From positions 1 to 41,370 of IMG/VR virus record IMGVR_UViG_3300045988_094016: a DNA stretch of 41,370 bases. One strand, written 5' to 3'. Position 1 is the stretch's first letter. Each line of letters begins with the position of its first letter. Made by a program: the position numbers and the translations under genes. The DNA comes from a virus. This document shows, one piece after another, positions 26,887 to 37,327 of the stretch. The notes under the pieces are model-generated. The model saw only the letters and a program-made list of their open reading frames with translations, was not told the DNA's origin and did not search any database.

Positions 26887-29800
26887 TTATCTTAAGTTTC
26901 GATTATCAAAGATATATCTATAGCTATAGATTTTACCTTTGCCCTCAAATTTAAGGTGAATACCTAACCCTTCATTATAATCTACAGGTATGCCTATGCT
27001 AGCAACTTCTTGTTTATTACTAGAAAAATCTCCCTTAGCTACTATCATATCATCAATATAAACCGAAATAGTAAAATCTCCTTTATAAACTATATTAACG
27101 CTATTAAACTCCTTAGTTAAATCCATAGACCCTCCAACGAATTTAACTGTAGTAGCGGTTAGTTTAGAATAGCCTGAGCCTTGGTATGCTCTATATAGGA
27201 TATAATCCTTAATAAAGTAAAGCTCATTATTAACTGAAGCGCCAAAAGCATTAGCTATATCCATTTCAGTTATTATAGGGTGATTAAGACTGAAGTCCAT
27301 TTTAGTTACTTTTTCTTTAGAAAATATGTAATAGATATCCCCTACAGTTATAGCATTTATAATCTCTAGTTTGCCATTATCTTTAAACTTATATCTACCT
27401 TTAGTTAAGTTATTAATTGTAGAACCTATAGACAGCATTACATCTCCATCAAATACCCAAATAACTGCATTTTTAATATTAGCTATTGATGTAGGGTGTG
27501 AACAACCTATTGATTTAGATAGGTTAGATATTGTATAATTAACTCTATCTGTTCCGCCTAATAAATACGTGCTATGTGCTGTGAATATCATCAAACCTAG
27601 TGGGGAGCTAGCTAATCCTGTAATTTGCTCATTTACGGTTACACACTGGAGTTCGTTCCAAATATTAGGACGTCCTGGCTTACTAAAATAAACATAACTA
27701 CCTTTATATGCGAATAACGTAGCTTTATGCTCTACTAATCCTCTTAGCCCAGTTACTTCTTTAATCTCTGTAAAATCTAGGTATTGCGGGCTAGGTATAT
27801 CAGCTAGGTTATCCACAAAGACATTATTTCCTTTATAAGATTGCAAGCTTATAAACTTATACATCGAACTAGATACATCTTTGCGGTATATTTTCAAGCT
27901 GTATTTTTCATTAGGATTTTCTACATATAGATTTATTAGCTTACTGAAATTAAAGCACGAATTAGACTTTACAGGTAAGCTTTCCATACCAGTGGCTTTG
28001 TCGTATGCAGTTACAGCATAATAAATTTCATCTGTTCCCTGATTATTAACATTAAGTATAGAGCCAAACGCATCTAGTAAGTCCACATCAACTTTCCAAG
28101 TTTTATTAGTAGCTACAGTAGTGATAGTAGAACCTCCAACTACTACAGATATCCTTTCTCCATTGTTAGCTTCTGTAGTTCCCTCAAGATGATAAAACCT
28201 CTTTCCCTCTTCTAAGTGTGCACGCATACCTGCATCATAATTAGGTGTAGTTATAGCAGCAGCTATTTCTTTATATTTAGGAGTATCTCCATCTTTTGGC
28301 TTACTCTCATTAACTTTTTCTACCGGGGCAACTACCTTAATTTTTTGTATCATATTTAGAACTTGTTGCATTAAACTATCGGCTATATTATTTCTAATCT
28401 TAATAGATACATTACCTGCATCTATTACAGGTAGTTCTATGTTATTTTCTAATATAAACATACCCGAACGCTTGGTATTAACCTTATAAAGTCTCCCATT
28501 TTTAAGGCAATAAGTTTGATTAGCTATATTAGCAAAACTAACATTATCCCTCTGAAAATAGTTCATACGACCTCTATAGCCATCATCGTCATATTCATAG
28601 CAAGCATCGTAGGTCAATCCTAACGACCAGAAATAGTCGTGGTTGCTAGTGCTTTCTATAGACCCTGATATAGTAGTAGCATTTTCTATGAATTGAGCTT
28701 CATCTGCACTAAGCAAATGGCTTTCCTTAACATTATTCATACCTATTAATGAAGTAGGCATTATTGATTGTTGCATATTGTTATCTCCTTTTTCTATTTG
28801 AGGCTGTTTCTGCTCAAACCTATTATTTATACCATAATTTTGAACCGGCGATAGATACCCTGAATTATAGAAATTATACTCTCCATACATAGGACTACTC
28901 ATAAATGCTCCAGCTAATCCCTCTTTTATAACTCTTTTAGCATCTCCATCACCATTAAAGTAGTGCGAATTAAAATCAGTGCTATATAAGTTATTTAAAG
29001 CCTTATTAATAGTTTTAGCAAACCCAGTTCTACTAGATGCAGGGCTTTTACCTGCTAAGCTATTTACATCACTAATACCTTGAGCTACATTAGCTAAGTT
29101 TTTAAGTGCTGCTAATGCCGCTTGTGGATTAGCTAGATATGGAGCCATCTGAACTATATTATATACAGACATTATAACACTAGCTACAGTAGCTACCATA
29201 TCCACAGTCCTAGCTGTATCTGCTAAGGCTTCAGTATCTGCTGGGTCGCCTACAGCTTCGAGTAAATCTGTAAAAGCTTCGGCAGTAATACCTACTTCAT
29301 AGGCTTGCTCATTTATGTTTAGTGTATGAAAATCAGTAGGTATTGAGCCAATAAATGTATCCCTTTTTCTATCTATGCGGTTAATTTTCTGCTCACCTGG
29401 ATTATAGTGAGCTTGTTCCTCGTATTTACCGTAAAATGTATCTTCGGTAGTAGTTGTAGTATAATCATAACCCTTTTCTATTCCTTTTCTAGTGGTCATA
29501 GATTTAACTACTTTGTTAAAGTTTAAAGTCCCGTCTGGATTTTTCTCGTAAAAATTAAAAGTCTCATCTATAGCTAAAGACTCTGGGTTTCCTTTTTCTA
29601 TTTGCTCCCAAGCTCCAAAGGCTTCATACTCCTCATTATCATTAAGTCGCATACCTGCTACTGCTTCCCCAGTAGCAGCATTATTTAATGTGTATTCACC
29701 AGTTTTAGGATTATACACCATTTGTAAAGCTGGGTTATCTCCATACTCCATAACATTAGTATTAACATCACGATTAGCATTACTTTTAGCTGTATCATAA

Positions 29801-30204
29801 CCATTACCTCCACTCTCAGACCTATCTACTCCCCACCCATACTCTCCATAAGTATCTTCGTCTTCGATTGAATATGTAATTTCTACTCCAGGGAGAGTTG
29901 CTACATCAGTTCCAAAAGGATTATGTTCTATCTGAACTACATAAGGGTCTGTTAGAGTTCCTACAGGAACATTAGGTTCGACAGGAGTTGGAAGTGGTTG
30001 TGCTGGCGTAGGTTGTTTATTTCTTTTTGCTCTATCTCCATTACCGGCGTTATACTCTCCGGTAGCAGTGACACCACCTAGAGTAGCGTGTCCAGTTCCT
30101 GAATTGCTACTACTTCCTTTAGAGCCACCTTTAGAGTTATTTTTAGCTCTTTCAGCAGCTCTTTGTCTGGACCTTTCACTTCTTCCTCCTGCTTTACCAG
30201 CCAT
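26887..30204 (-). CDS. Large tail / host-recognition or ejection protein with a basic Gly/Ser-rich N-terminus
   Basis: 1105 aa. The N-terminal 70 aa are rich in R/K/G/S and the remainder is beta-rich. It sits between the lysis cassette and the virion proteins. Confidence 0.45.
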   Translation of the reverse strand: MAGKAGGRSERSRQRAAERAKNNSKGGSKGSSSNSGTGHATLGGVTATGEYNAGNGDRAKRNKQPTPAQPLPTPVEPNVPVGTLTDPYVVQIEHNPFGTDVATLPGVEITYSIEDEDTYGEYGWGVDRSESGGNGYDTAKSNANRDVNTNVMEYGDNPALQMVYNPKTGEYTLNNAATGEAVAGMRLNDNEEYEAFGAWEQIEKGNPESLAIDETFNFYEKNPDGTLNFNKVVKSMTTRKGIEKGYDYTTTTTEDTFYGKYEEQAHYNPGEQKINRIDRKRDTFIGSIPTDFHTLNINEQAYEVGITAEAFTDLLEAVGDPADTEALADTARTVDMVATVASVIMSVYNIVQMAPYLANPQAALAALKNLANVAQGISDVNSLAGKSPASSRTGFAKTINKALNNLYSTDFNSHYFNGDGDAKRVIKEGLAGAFMSSPMYGEYNFYNSGYLSPVQNYGINNRFEQKQPQIEKGDNNMQQSIMPTSLIGMNNVKESHLLSADEAQFIENATTISGSIESTSNHDYFWSLGLTYDACYEYDDDGYRGRMNYFQRDNVSFANIANQTYCLKNGRLYKVNTKRSGMFILENNIELPVIDAGNVSIKIRNNIADSLMQQVLNMIQKIKVVAPVEKVNESKPKDGDTPKYKEIAAAITTPNYDAGMRAHLEEGKRFYHLEGTTEANNGERISVVVGGSTITTVATNKTWKVDVDLLDAFGSILNVNNQGTDEIYYAVTAYDKATGMESLPVKSNSCFNFSKLINLYVENPNEKYSLKIYRKDVSSSMYKFISLQSYKGNNVFVDNLADIPSPQYLDFTEIKEVTGLRGLVEHKATLFAYKGSYVYFSKPGRPNIWNELQCVTVNEQITGLASSPLGLMIFTAHSTYLLGGTDRVNYTISNLSKSIGCSHPTSIANIKNAVIWVFDGDVMLSIGSTINNLTKGRYKFKDNGKLEIINAITVGDIYYIFSKEKVTKMDFSLNHPIITEMDIANAFGASVNNELYFIKDYILYRAYQGSGYSKLTATTVKFVGGSMDLTKEFNSVNIVYKGDFTISVYIDDMIVAKGDFSSNKQEVASIGIPVDYNEGLGIHLKFEGKGKIYSYRYIFDNRNLR

Positions 30205-30624
30205 TTATTGCTCCAAGTTGTTAATCTCTACAACTGTTTTCTTATCCTTAATTAAAGCAAATACTTTAGCTAAAGTTTTAACGCTATTATAAACACCTTT
30301 ACTATCGTAGCTATCTCCTAGTAAAATACACCCTTCTGTATCTATAGGATAATTTCCTTGATGTATAAGAATACGCCTAGATTTAGAAACTAGCTCATTA
30401 TGAAGTGTAGGCATTAGTTTACCATTATATTTAGGACTAGGAGTCCAATCTAAATTATACAACCCTTGTGGTATACGTCTATCTTTATTAGGAGTTGTAG
30501 TATCAGGGCCTGCAGGCTCTAAGCTAAATCCAGACATTATTTTAACGCCATCATCGCCAACAACATAAAACTTACCTATAGTTCCGTCGTTTATATCCAT
30601 AAACCTATCAATTCTTAGTTTCAT
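30205..30624 (-). CDS. Candidate endolysin: L,D-transpeptidase (YkuD)-like His/Cys peptidase fold
   Basis: ILIHQGNYPIDTEGCILLG resembles the YkuD catalytic motif H.G...(S/T).GC(I/V). It is the only lysis-cassette gene with an enzyme-like motif. Its start overlaps the upstream stop as ATGA, and it has an RBS. Confidence 0.4.
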   Translation of the reverse strand: MKLRIDRFMDINDGTIGKFYVVGDDGVKIMSGFSLEPAGPDTTTPNKDRRIPQGLYNLDWTPSPKYNGKLMPTLHNELVSKSRRILIHQGNYPIDTEGCILLGDSYDSKGVYNSVKTLAKVFALIKDKKTVVEINNLEQ

Positions 30625-30806
30625 TTTATACCTTTCTCTACAAATTTAACGCGCTCTCTATGCTCTCCCGTTTTACCTATGTTAAAGCTTTCAACAGGCC
30701 TATGGTAACCCATCACACGTGTATAAACTACACACTTAGTGCGTTTATTCTCCATTGAAGCTAATATCTCTTTATCAGAGAGGTCTGTCGCTATCGCATT
30801 CGCCAT
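30621..30806 (-). CDS. Stand-alone NrdD C-terminal glycyl-radical domain mini-protein (candidate spare part for class III RNR)
   Basis: TRVMGYHRPVESFNIGKTGEHRERVKF aligns with the NrdD C-terminal region as I recall it, RVCGYLGSP...FNAGKQEEVKRRVKH, with the radical Gly in RV.GY conserved. The RBS is AAGGAG. Confidence 0.55.
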   Translation of the reverse strand: MANAIATDLSDKEILASMENKRTKCVVYTRVMGYHRPVESFNIGKTGEHRERVKFVEKGIK

Positions 30807-31131
30807 AATAATCTCCTTTTCTTTTAGTTGCTTCTATCTTAGCATCTACAAATTTATCGAATTTTTCACCAAACCAAGTGGCGCCTTTCCAAGCAAAAAA
30901 TCCACAGCCTGCTAGAGCCACTCCATTCTCTTTCCAAATAAACAAAATTATTTCGTAGCTAATCCACCCAAAAAATACAGACGATGCTATACCAAGCAGT
31001 AAATCCACCACTTTTCTACCTACGCTTTTATCAGGTCTAGAACCTACGTTAAGTAATCCACCTATAAGTCCGATTGCCAGAACCCATTTGTATTTACCTA
31101 GATAGCTATCTAAACTATTTAACCACTCCAT
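30775..31131 (-). CDS. Holin
   Basis: 2-3 TM segments and a charged C-terminus. The ATG at 31131 has an RBS. The track start TTG is at 31134. It sits in the lysis cluster. Confidence 0.55.
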   Translation of the reverse strand: MEWLNSLDSYLGKYKWVLAIGLIGGLLNVGSRPDKSVGRKVVDLLLGIASSVFFGWISYEIILFIWKENGVALAGCGFFAWKGATWFGEKFDKFVDAKIEATKRKGDYYGECDSDRPL

Positions 31132-31405
31132 CAATACACCCTTTCAATGTTGCCTCTACCCTGGAATAATATATACTTAAATCTTTTGCACTTTGCAAGT
31201 CAGAGGGGTCATAAAAAGGCTTCTCTGGAATTGTAGCGTTACATTTAACAGGAATAACTTTTTCTTGATATTCCACCTTAGTTATGATTTCAGGCTTATT
31301 AGCACAACCACCTAGTAAAACTATTACAGTTACTAAAATTATGAAAATAAAAGCCCGCATTTCTTTATCTTTTGCTTGTTGTATCTTGTAAGCTTCTGTT
31401 TTCAT
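31115..31405 (-). CDS. o-spanin (outer-membrane lipoprotein, Rz1-like)
   Basis: Signal peptide ending LLGGC (lipobox-like). Two further Cys. Overlaps the i-spanin stop. Confidence 0.55.
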   Translation of the reverse strand: MKTEAYKIQQAKDKEMRAFIFIILVTVIVLLGGCANKPEIITKVEYQEKVIPVKCNATIPEKPFYDPSDLQSAKDLSIYYSRVEATLKGCIDGVVK

Positions 31406-31800
31406 TTTTCTATCCTTTCACTACTTAATCCTCTAAATAGGCTTTCATAGTAATCAAGCTTAGACGCACAACTAGCTGGGTCTGGCAATATTATCTTATT
31501 AAACTTGCGAACTATTTTATCCTTTTCTTTTTCAAGATTGGATAAATCTACCCTAGATTTTTCTATCGCAGAGTTTTGCTGTTTAACTACCTCACGGCAC
31601 CTTTCTATTTCGTATTTAATCAACTCTTTTTTAATTATAGTTTGAGCTATATCCTCATTAAGGCTTTTAACTTCTTTATTTAAACTATGTATTTGTATAG
31701 CCTGGCTAGCTAATGCACCAGTATATAAACCAAAAAACAATGCTATAATTATCATTACGCATTTATTACTAGATATAAATCCTAATGCTAATTTCCACAT
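31402..31800 (-). CDS. i-spanin (Rz-like)
   Basis: An N-terminal TM segment followed by a periplasmic coiled-coil. The ATG at 31800 has the RBS AAGGAG. The track start GTG is at 31803. Confidence 0.55.
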   Translation of the reverse strand: MWKLALGFISSNKCVMIIIALFFGLYTGALASQAIQIHSLNKEVKSLNEDIAQTIIKKELIKYEIERCREVVKQQNSAIEKSRVDLSNLEKEKDKIVRKFNKIILPDPASCASKLDYYESLFRGLSSERIEK

Positions 31801-31809
31801 CACTTCTCC

Positions 31810-32316
31810 TTACTCGAACGCAGGCATATCTGCTACAGCTTCTTTAAAAGTTTTAGGTATTTCTCTTTTACCTGCTTGTATATCAGCTAGCATTTTAAAT
31901 CCCCACGACCATACACGAGCTCTCCATTTACCGAATACTTCTCCCTCTTGTCGGAACTCGTTATCATACCCTGCATAACTGCAAGCAGAAACTATGTTAT
32001 CATAGCCCTTTTCTTTAGCTTTATCATCAAGGATAGCTTGAACATACTTCTTAAACTCCTCTTGGAGTAAATGCAATGGTAGCTGTTTAATGACATACTT
32101 TACAATAAATGTCGTAGCGTCCTCTGAATACTCTTTATCCAAATATTCAGTTTCTTTTGGTGCTTGACCATCTGGATACATCTCAACCACTCGCTTATAC
32201 CCATTTTCTATAAGCCCTTCATCTGTAAATACGTGAGGGAATATCTGATTACCGTTTTTAAGGACTATAATATCTACGTCCTCTACAACCTTAGTTTGTA
32301 AATTGTATAATTTCAT
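31810..32316 (-). CDS. Hypothetical protein, 168 aa
   Basis: ORF in the late operon between the tail genes and the spanins. Confidence 0.45.
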   Translation of the reverse strand: MKLYNLQTKVVEDVDIIVLKNGNQIFPHVFTDEGLIENGYKRVVEMYPDGQAPKETEYLDKEYSEDATTFIVKYVIKQLPLHLLQEEFKKYVQAILDDKAKEKGYDNIVSACSYAGYDNEFRQEGEVFGKWRARVWSWGFKMLADIQAGKREIPKTFKEAVADMPAFE

Positions 32317-32326
32317 TAATCACTCC

Positions 32327-32851
32327 TTAGAATATCGGCTGCCAGCCAATGTTTAAAATTTCTACGTCTTTAACTCTAAACTCTATAAAATTTTGAGTAG
32401 AGTCCCAATTTAGAATGCACTGAAACCGAATATATTTACTACCTTGGGCTCTAAACTTATTCCTGCTTATAGTCCCTTCATCATCTACCCATTCCCACAG
32501 CCAAAATTTACTATTTCTACTAACATTTTGAAATCCATATACAGAATTAGTATCAAGACCACCTGCAGGGATAGCATCAGCTAACATAAGCTCATAAGGT
32601 GGATTTTTTAAAGCAGAGCTTTGCATACCATCCCTTAAATTCCAATTTTTAATCCATTGATTAGAATCTTGGTGAAATCTTACAGCCATCCAGATATTGA
32701 AAGCCTTTATATAGCGACCTACCCATTCTGGTTTAAATCCATATCTAAATGCTTGCTCTGTGCTACCTATATTAGATAGGGCTGCATTATCTCTAACTTC
32801 ATATTGAGATACAGAGCTTCCACTGCATCCAATCATAAATGACCCATTCAT
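32327..32851 (-). CDS. Hypothetical tail-associated protein, 174 aa
   Basis: Immediately downstream of the tail fiber, with TAATG coupling. Possibly a fiber assembly or receptor-binding accessory protein. Confidence 0.4.
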   Translation of the reverse strand: MNGSFMIGCSGSSVSQYEVRDNAALSNIGSTEQAFRYGFKPEWVGRYIKAFNIWMAVRFHQDSNQWIKNWNLRDGMQSSALKNPPYELMLADAIPAGGLDTNSVYGFQNVSRNSKFWLWEWVDDEGTISRNKFRAQGSKYIRFQCILNWDSTQNFIEFRVKDVEILNIGWQPIF

Positions 32852-34875
32852 TACGCACGCCCCATAGCTATATACCCATTATTGCATTTAAAATATGCAA
32901 ATGTTTCGATATTTTGTAAGCCTGTCGGCACTTGCCTAAATTTCAAGTCGCTATGGAACCCGGTTATCTTTTCTGCTCCTATTATAACTAGGATACCATT
33001 TTGACCTAGTTCAACATTAAACAATGTTAAAATCCCATTACTAGTTATAGTAATTAACGCGTTATCAGCTATGGACATATCTATAGAAGGGCTACCGCTT
33101 TCCCTTCTATATACTTTAGGAGTATTCCTACCATTCAATCTCATAAAAGCATTTAAATTAAGTGCATTACTAAATTTAGCGTAACTAACTCCTTTAATCT
33201 GATTACCTGAAAAATAAGCTATTTCAGGGTTAGCTGAAAATCCAGAGTCATCATTATGGCTAGAAACAAATAAAGAGCTAAAAACAGCACCTGAGGCAAA
33301 TATATTAGCCGAGCTATCTCTAAGAACTAAAGTATTAGCTGATGAATTGATATTAGGAGCATATCCTCTTAATGTTTGGGCATCACTACCTGCATTAATT
33401 GCTTGGACTGCTTTATCGTATGCTACTTTTACCGCATAAGCACTAGCTGCATTATACCTATCTGTTGAGCTAGTGCTATCTATAATCTTAGTTATACCTG
33501 CAGTTGATGAACTAGCTGAAACCGCAGACCATTTACTATTAGCTAGGGTATAAGCAGCACTAGCCCTGTCGTAAGCTTGTTTTACCGCATTAGGAGTTGC
33601 AGCTCTATCAGTCCTGGTATCATTAACTCCATCTACTAATGTTGTTAATCCCCATTGTCCAGTCGTTGCATTTTGAGGAGTGTATTTAGCATTAGCTGTA
33701 TTAAGAGCTTTTTCAGCTTCTTTATAAGCTAGATTTACAGCTTTAGGAGTTGCGGCCATAGTTTCATTAGTGCTAGTTACAACGCTAGATAATGTTACAA
33801 AACCCTCTGTAGTAGTAGTTGCGCTTTCTCCTGCTTTTAATAACACATAATTAACACCGTCCCAACTATAAACTTTATATGTGCTTTTATCTAGATATAT
33901 AGTACTTTCATCTCCTGTAGTCGGGAATGATGCTTTATTAGAATAACCTGAAACACCTCCAGAACCTTTATCCCCTTTAGGTCCTTGTGGTCCAGGATTA
34001 CCCGCAGGACCTTGAGGACCACGAGGACCAATTGGTCCTACTGCTCCTATCTGACCTGCTGGACCTATAGGACCTACTGGTCCTTGTAGCCCTGCTGGTC
34101 CTTGAGGTCCAACATCCCCCTTAGGTCCTTTGGTCATCGACATCCATTCAGCCCGGCGTTGCTCCGCTGCTTCCCAGTATTCTTTAACCTTACGCTCTGA
34201 CTCTAGTGCTTTATCCTTAGCCGCTATAGCGTCCTCACTAGCCTTTTTAATTTCAGCTATTGTAGCTTGAGCTAATGTTAATTTAGCCGCTATATCGTCA
34301 AATTGAGCTTTAGCCTCTGCTATTTTACTATTTAACTGCTCTCCTTGTTTTACAGCATTAGCTATATCTTGTAAAGCAGTATCTATTTGTGCTTTTACCG
34401 CTTTTACTTGAGTGTGCAGGGTATTAACATCTGTTAAAACCTTATTAACAGAGGTTAGTATAGTGCTGGCTTGGGTAGCAGCTGCATTAGCTCTACTAGC
34501 TGCTTGATTAGCTTCATTTACTTTACCTTGAACTGTAGCTTTTATTCCTTGCAATTCATCTAGGGTTTGTATTGCGCTAGCAACCTTAGATGAAATTTCA
34601 TTTTTAAGGTTTTCAACATCACGCTTAATAATTTTAGCCTCGTTGTTGTTATTAGCTAATTGATTTATTAATTGCTCTGCTTTAGCTAAATCAGCCTGAA
34701 CACTATTTAAGCGTTGTCCCAGCGTTTGGGTGCTATCGTATGGGAAATTTTGTGCATTAATTTTTGTGCGCGTTACCTGAACTCCGCCACGAGTCTGAAC
34801 TACAGACCCTACTCCTATCTCCATATCCTCCAAAGTCAATTTATTTACATAAATTTCTTTTATATTAGATGCCAT
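32851..34875 (-). CDS. Tail fiber with a collagen-like (Gly-X-Y)18 segment
   Basis: N-terminal coiled-coil. The Gly-X-Y run, [13 protein letters not shown]...GPKGDKG, spans residues 253-308 (nt 33964-34131). The C-terminus has three copies of a (T/S)..AV..AY..A repeat. The ATG at 34875 has the RBS GGAGA. The track start TTG is at 34887. Confidence 0.75.
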   Translation of the reverse strand: MASNIKEIYVNKLTLEDMEIGVGSVVQTRGGVQVTRTKINAQNFPYDSTQTLGQRLNSVQADLAKAEQLINQLANNNNEAKIIKRDVENLKNEISSKVASAIQTLDELQGIKATVQGKVNEANQAASRANAAATQASTILTSVNKVLTDVNTLHTQVKAVKAQIDTALQDIANAVKQGEQLNSKIAEAKAQFDDIAAKLTLAQATIAEIKKASEDAIAAKDKALESERKVKEYWEAAEQRRAEWMSMTKGPKGDVGPQGPAGLQGPVGPIGPAGQIGAVGPIGPRGPQGPAGNPGPQGPKGDKGSGGVSGYSNKASFPTTGDESTIYLDKSTYKVYSWDGVNYVLLKAGESATTTTEGFVTLSSVVTSTNETMAATPKAVNLAYKEAEKALNTANAKYTPQNATTGQWGLTTLVDGVNDTRTDRAATPNAVKQAYDRASAAYTLANSKWSAVSASSSTAGITKIIDSTSSTDRYNAASAYAVKVAYDKAVQAINAGSDAQTLRGYAPNINSSANTLVLRDSSANIFASGAVFSSLFVSSHNDDSGFSANPEIAYFSGNQIKGVSYAKFSNALNLNAFMRLNGRNTPKVYRRESGSPSIDMSIADNALITITSNGILTLFNVELGQNGILVIIGAEKITGFHSDLKFRQVPTGLQNIETFAYFKCNNGYIAMGRA

Positions 34876-35722
34876 ATTCGTCTCCAAAACCTGTTCTATA
34901 CTGCACTACGTGTTCAGCTATATCCTGATAACTGTTCTTTTCGTGCTCCTGGATATTCTCCAACTCCGTCTTATACTTGTTTATAAACAACATACCTTTA
35001 TTGATATTTTCTCCGCGAGTATCGTCAAGCAATAGCATACCTGAAATGTAATAAACTAGAGTTGTTTTAAACATATCATCTAGGTCGATATTATCGCTTT
35101 TATTTACAACCGCCTTAGGTCTTTTAACATACTTAATATCTAGTAGATTAAATCCATCAGCCATAGACGTCATTGTGCCGTTAGGCTGCATACCGTTAGG
35201 GATATAAATAATTTGTAAGTTATTATCTACTTTAAGTCCTGTAATTATACCATCAAGATTATCCCTAGTTATACCTGGGATATCTATGGCTATGCCATAA
35301 GTTCCATCACTAGAAATAAAGTTATTTAGTTGTCGGTAGTTTGTATATACTGGCTCCTCTAATAGAGGGTATAGAGTTAAATCTCGTGGATTATTAAGAT
35401 TATACACAACAGATTTAAGTTGGGTGCCAACTTCCTCTTCCCATTCAGAGAGTTTGTCCATCGAACTAAATGACTTTACATCTACGGGCCTGTTATTACA
35501 TCTAACTCTTAGAAGTTTAATGAAATCAGGGTCTGGTATTACTAATTTACGTTGATATGGAACTATAGGTAGAACTAACTCTACCTTGTTTATATTAACC
35601 TTGCGAGCGAGGTCATCTAGTCCCTCGTTAATTAGCTCGATTATCCGAACATCGGTAAATTTTGTATTAGGGACATCACCAACCCTATACCTAACGCTAG
35701 AAATTAAACTAGATACTAACAT
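34865..35722 (-). CDS. Virion structural protein (adaptor or tail), 285 aa
   Basis: Position between the head genes and the tail fiber. Confidence 0.4.
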   Translation of the reverse strand: MLVSSLISSVRYRVGDVPNTKFTDVRIIELINEGLDDLARKVNINKVELVLPIVPYQRKLVIPDPDFIKLLRVRCNNRPVDVKSFSSMDKLSEWEEEVGTQLKSVVYNLNNPRDLTLYPLLEEPVYTNYRQLNNFISSDGTYGIAIDIPGITRDNLDGIITGLKVDNNLQIIYIPNGMQPNGTMTSMADGFNLLDIKYVKRPKAVVNKSDNIDLDDMFKTTLVYYISGMLLLDDTRGENINKGMLFINKYKTELENIQEHEKNSYQDIAEHVVQYRTGFGDEYGI

Positions 35723-35735
35723 CGCTCGCTCCGTT

Positions 35736-36146
35736 TTAACCTACAAAGGTTCCAGTATAGCCCTCAAGCTCTACGAAGTGTATAACAACGCAGCCTTCTC
35801 CTACATTACTAGCGCCCATAGTTACATCACCAGTAACTTCTACAAGGTCTTTAGTTACGGTAGGAACCCAGCTAGCTGATGCCGTTACTCCCGCAGTGCC
35901 CATATCAAATGCTACTGAAGCACCATTTACGTCAAGATTCACGTTACCACCTGTAGCGCCTTCTTTAACTACTAGCGTAACACCAGTAATCAAAGAGTTA
36001 GCAGGGATTTTAGTAAGAACTATCTTATCCCCAGAAGCTACGCCTGTTTCTTTTAAGGCGGCAATTTTAACCGTGCCAACAGCCGCAGCAACGATATTCT
36101 TTTTATTGTTCCCAAGATATTGGGAAATATCTACAGTTTTAGCCAT
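35736..36146 (-). CDS. Small beta-rich head protein (decoration or Ig-like?), 136 aa
   Basis: Gly/Thr/Val-rich. Immediately downstream of the major capsid gene. Confidence 0.4.
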   Translation of the reverse strand: MAKTVDISQYLGNNKKNIVAAAVGTVKIAALKETGVASGDKIVLTKIPANSLITGVTLVVKEGATGGNVNLDVNGASVAFDMGTAGVTASASWVPTVTKDLVEVTGDVTMGASNVGEGCVVIHFVELEGYTGTFVG

Positions 36147-36159
36147 TTATTATCCTTTC

Positions 36160-37317
36160 TTAGTTGCTAAGTTTAGCGTTAAATGTATCTATAACAGCCA
36201 CTGAATAGTCCATATTAGCTACTTTAGCTTCTTTATAGTCCTCAGTTTCTGCGGTTAGACGGCATTTATCAGCCTGCATTGTAAGCAATACCGCACTCTC
36301 GCTAGTAATTCCGAAATCTTGGCTTTCTTGGAATTTATAGTCTGGAGTGTGTCCCATACCTAGTTGGAACGCTCCTGCACCTAGAACTAAGCCACGTGAT
36401 GCAACCTTACCTGTATGTGCTTTACCTGTGCCGCTAAATACGCCGTGCTCGTCGATTGTGCGGAGTCCTTGGATTTCAACCGCTGTTTTAAATAGTTTGT
36501 TATTGATAGACATACCTGCAAATGTGCTGGCCTCTACAATTACAAACGAGCCGACTTGTGTTACATTGTGGCTAATTAGCGCGTTATCTATGCCGCGAAC
36601 CTCAGCGTGCTGATAAATTCTCTGGAATTTTTCATCCTCTAGCAAGTCAGCAATTTGAAACGCGTCAAGAACTAGAAGCCATACTTTGCGACCATCAGCC
36701 AATTTAAACGGTTTCATAGGGCTTCTGCGGCTACCTACAGTATAACCTATACCTGTTTTAATTGTGGTTTCTAGCTGAACTAGGAAATCCCAGCTAAGTT
36801 TATCTCCTGCTGTTAGCGCACCTATATTAGCTCTGCCGTTAGGTCTAATTATATGCGATGGAGCTTGTCCTCTTAGATAACCTTGACCCAAGTCAAAGAA
36901 CATCTGGTCTTTAGCCCTTACGAAGTTATCCGCTAGTTTCTCACGGCTGTCTGCGTGTGTGCTTAGGTCGATATCACCTATGGCTTCAGCATCAAACTCC
37001 ATACCGTTATCTACAGTATAGCGTCCGAACTCTAGCGTTAAGCTATCGCTGAACTTCATTTTCGCTGGGCTGTTACCGAATGCCTGCTCTTTGCCTCTAA
37101 AGCCGGCAGTTGCTAAGTTACCGCTGTAGTCAAATATGATATTATGACCTACTTTTGCTCTGAAATCGTTTTTCTGATAAACAATAGCGTCTGCGCTATT
37201 TCCTGTTAAGCCTCTCCAGAAACTCTCGGAGGCTTTCTGTATCATACCCTCAACCATCCAGCCTTTTCGCTCAAGAGCGTTGCCGTATCGAAGGATACCT
37301 GTGTTTTGTTTTGCCAT
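36160..37317 (-). CDS. Major capsid protein
   Basis: 385 aa, directly after the scaffold gene with the RBS AAAGGA. The size and position fit an HK97-fold major capsid protein. Confidence 0.6.
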   Translation of the reverse strand: MAKQNTGILRYGNALERKGWMVEGMIQKASESFWRGLTGNSADAIVYQKNDFRAKVGHNIIFDYSGNLATAGFRGKEQAFGNSPAKMKFSDSLTLEFGRYTVDNGMEFDAEAIGDIDLSTHADSREKLADNFVRAKDQMFFDLGQGYLRGQAPSHIIRPNGRANIGALTAGDKLSWDFLVQLETTIKTGIGYTVGSRRSPMKPFKLADGRKVWLLVLDAFQIADLLEDEKFQRIYQHAEVRGIDNALISHNVTQVGSFVIVEASTFAGMSINNKLFKTAVEIQGLRTIDEHGVFSGTGKAHTGKVASRGLVLGAGAFQLGMGHTPDYKFQESQDFGITSESAVLLTMQADKCRLTAETEDYKEAKVANMDYSVAVIDTFNAKLSN

Positions 37318-37327
37318 TGTAATTCCT

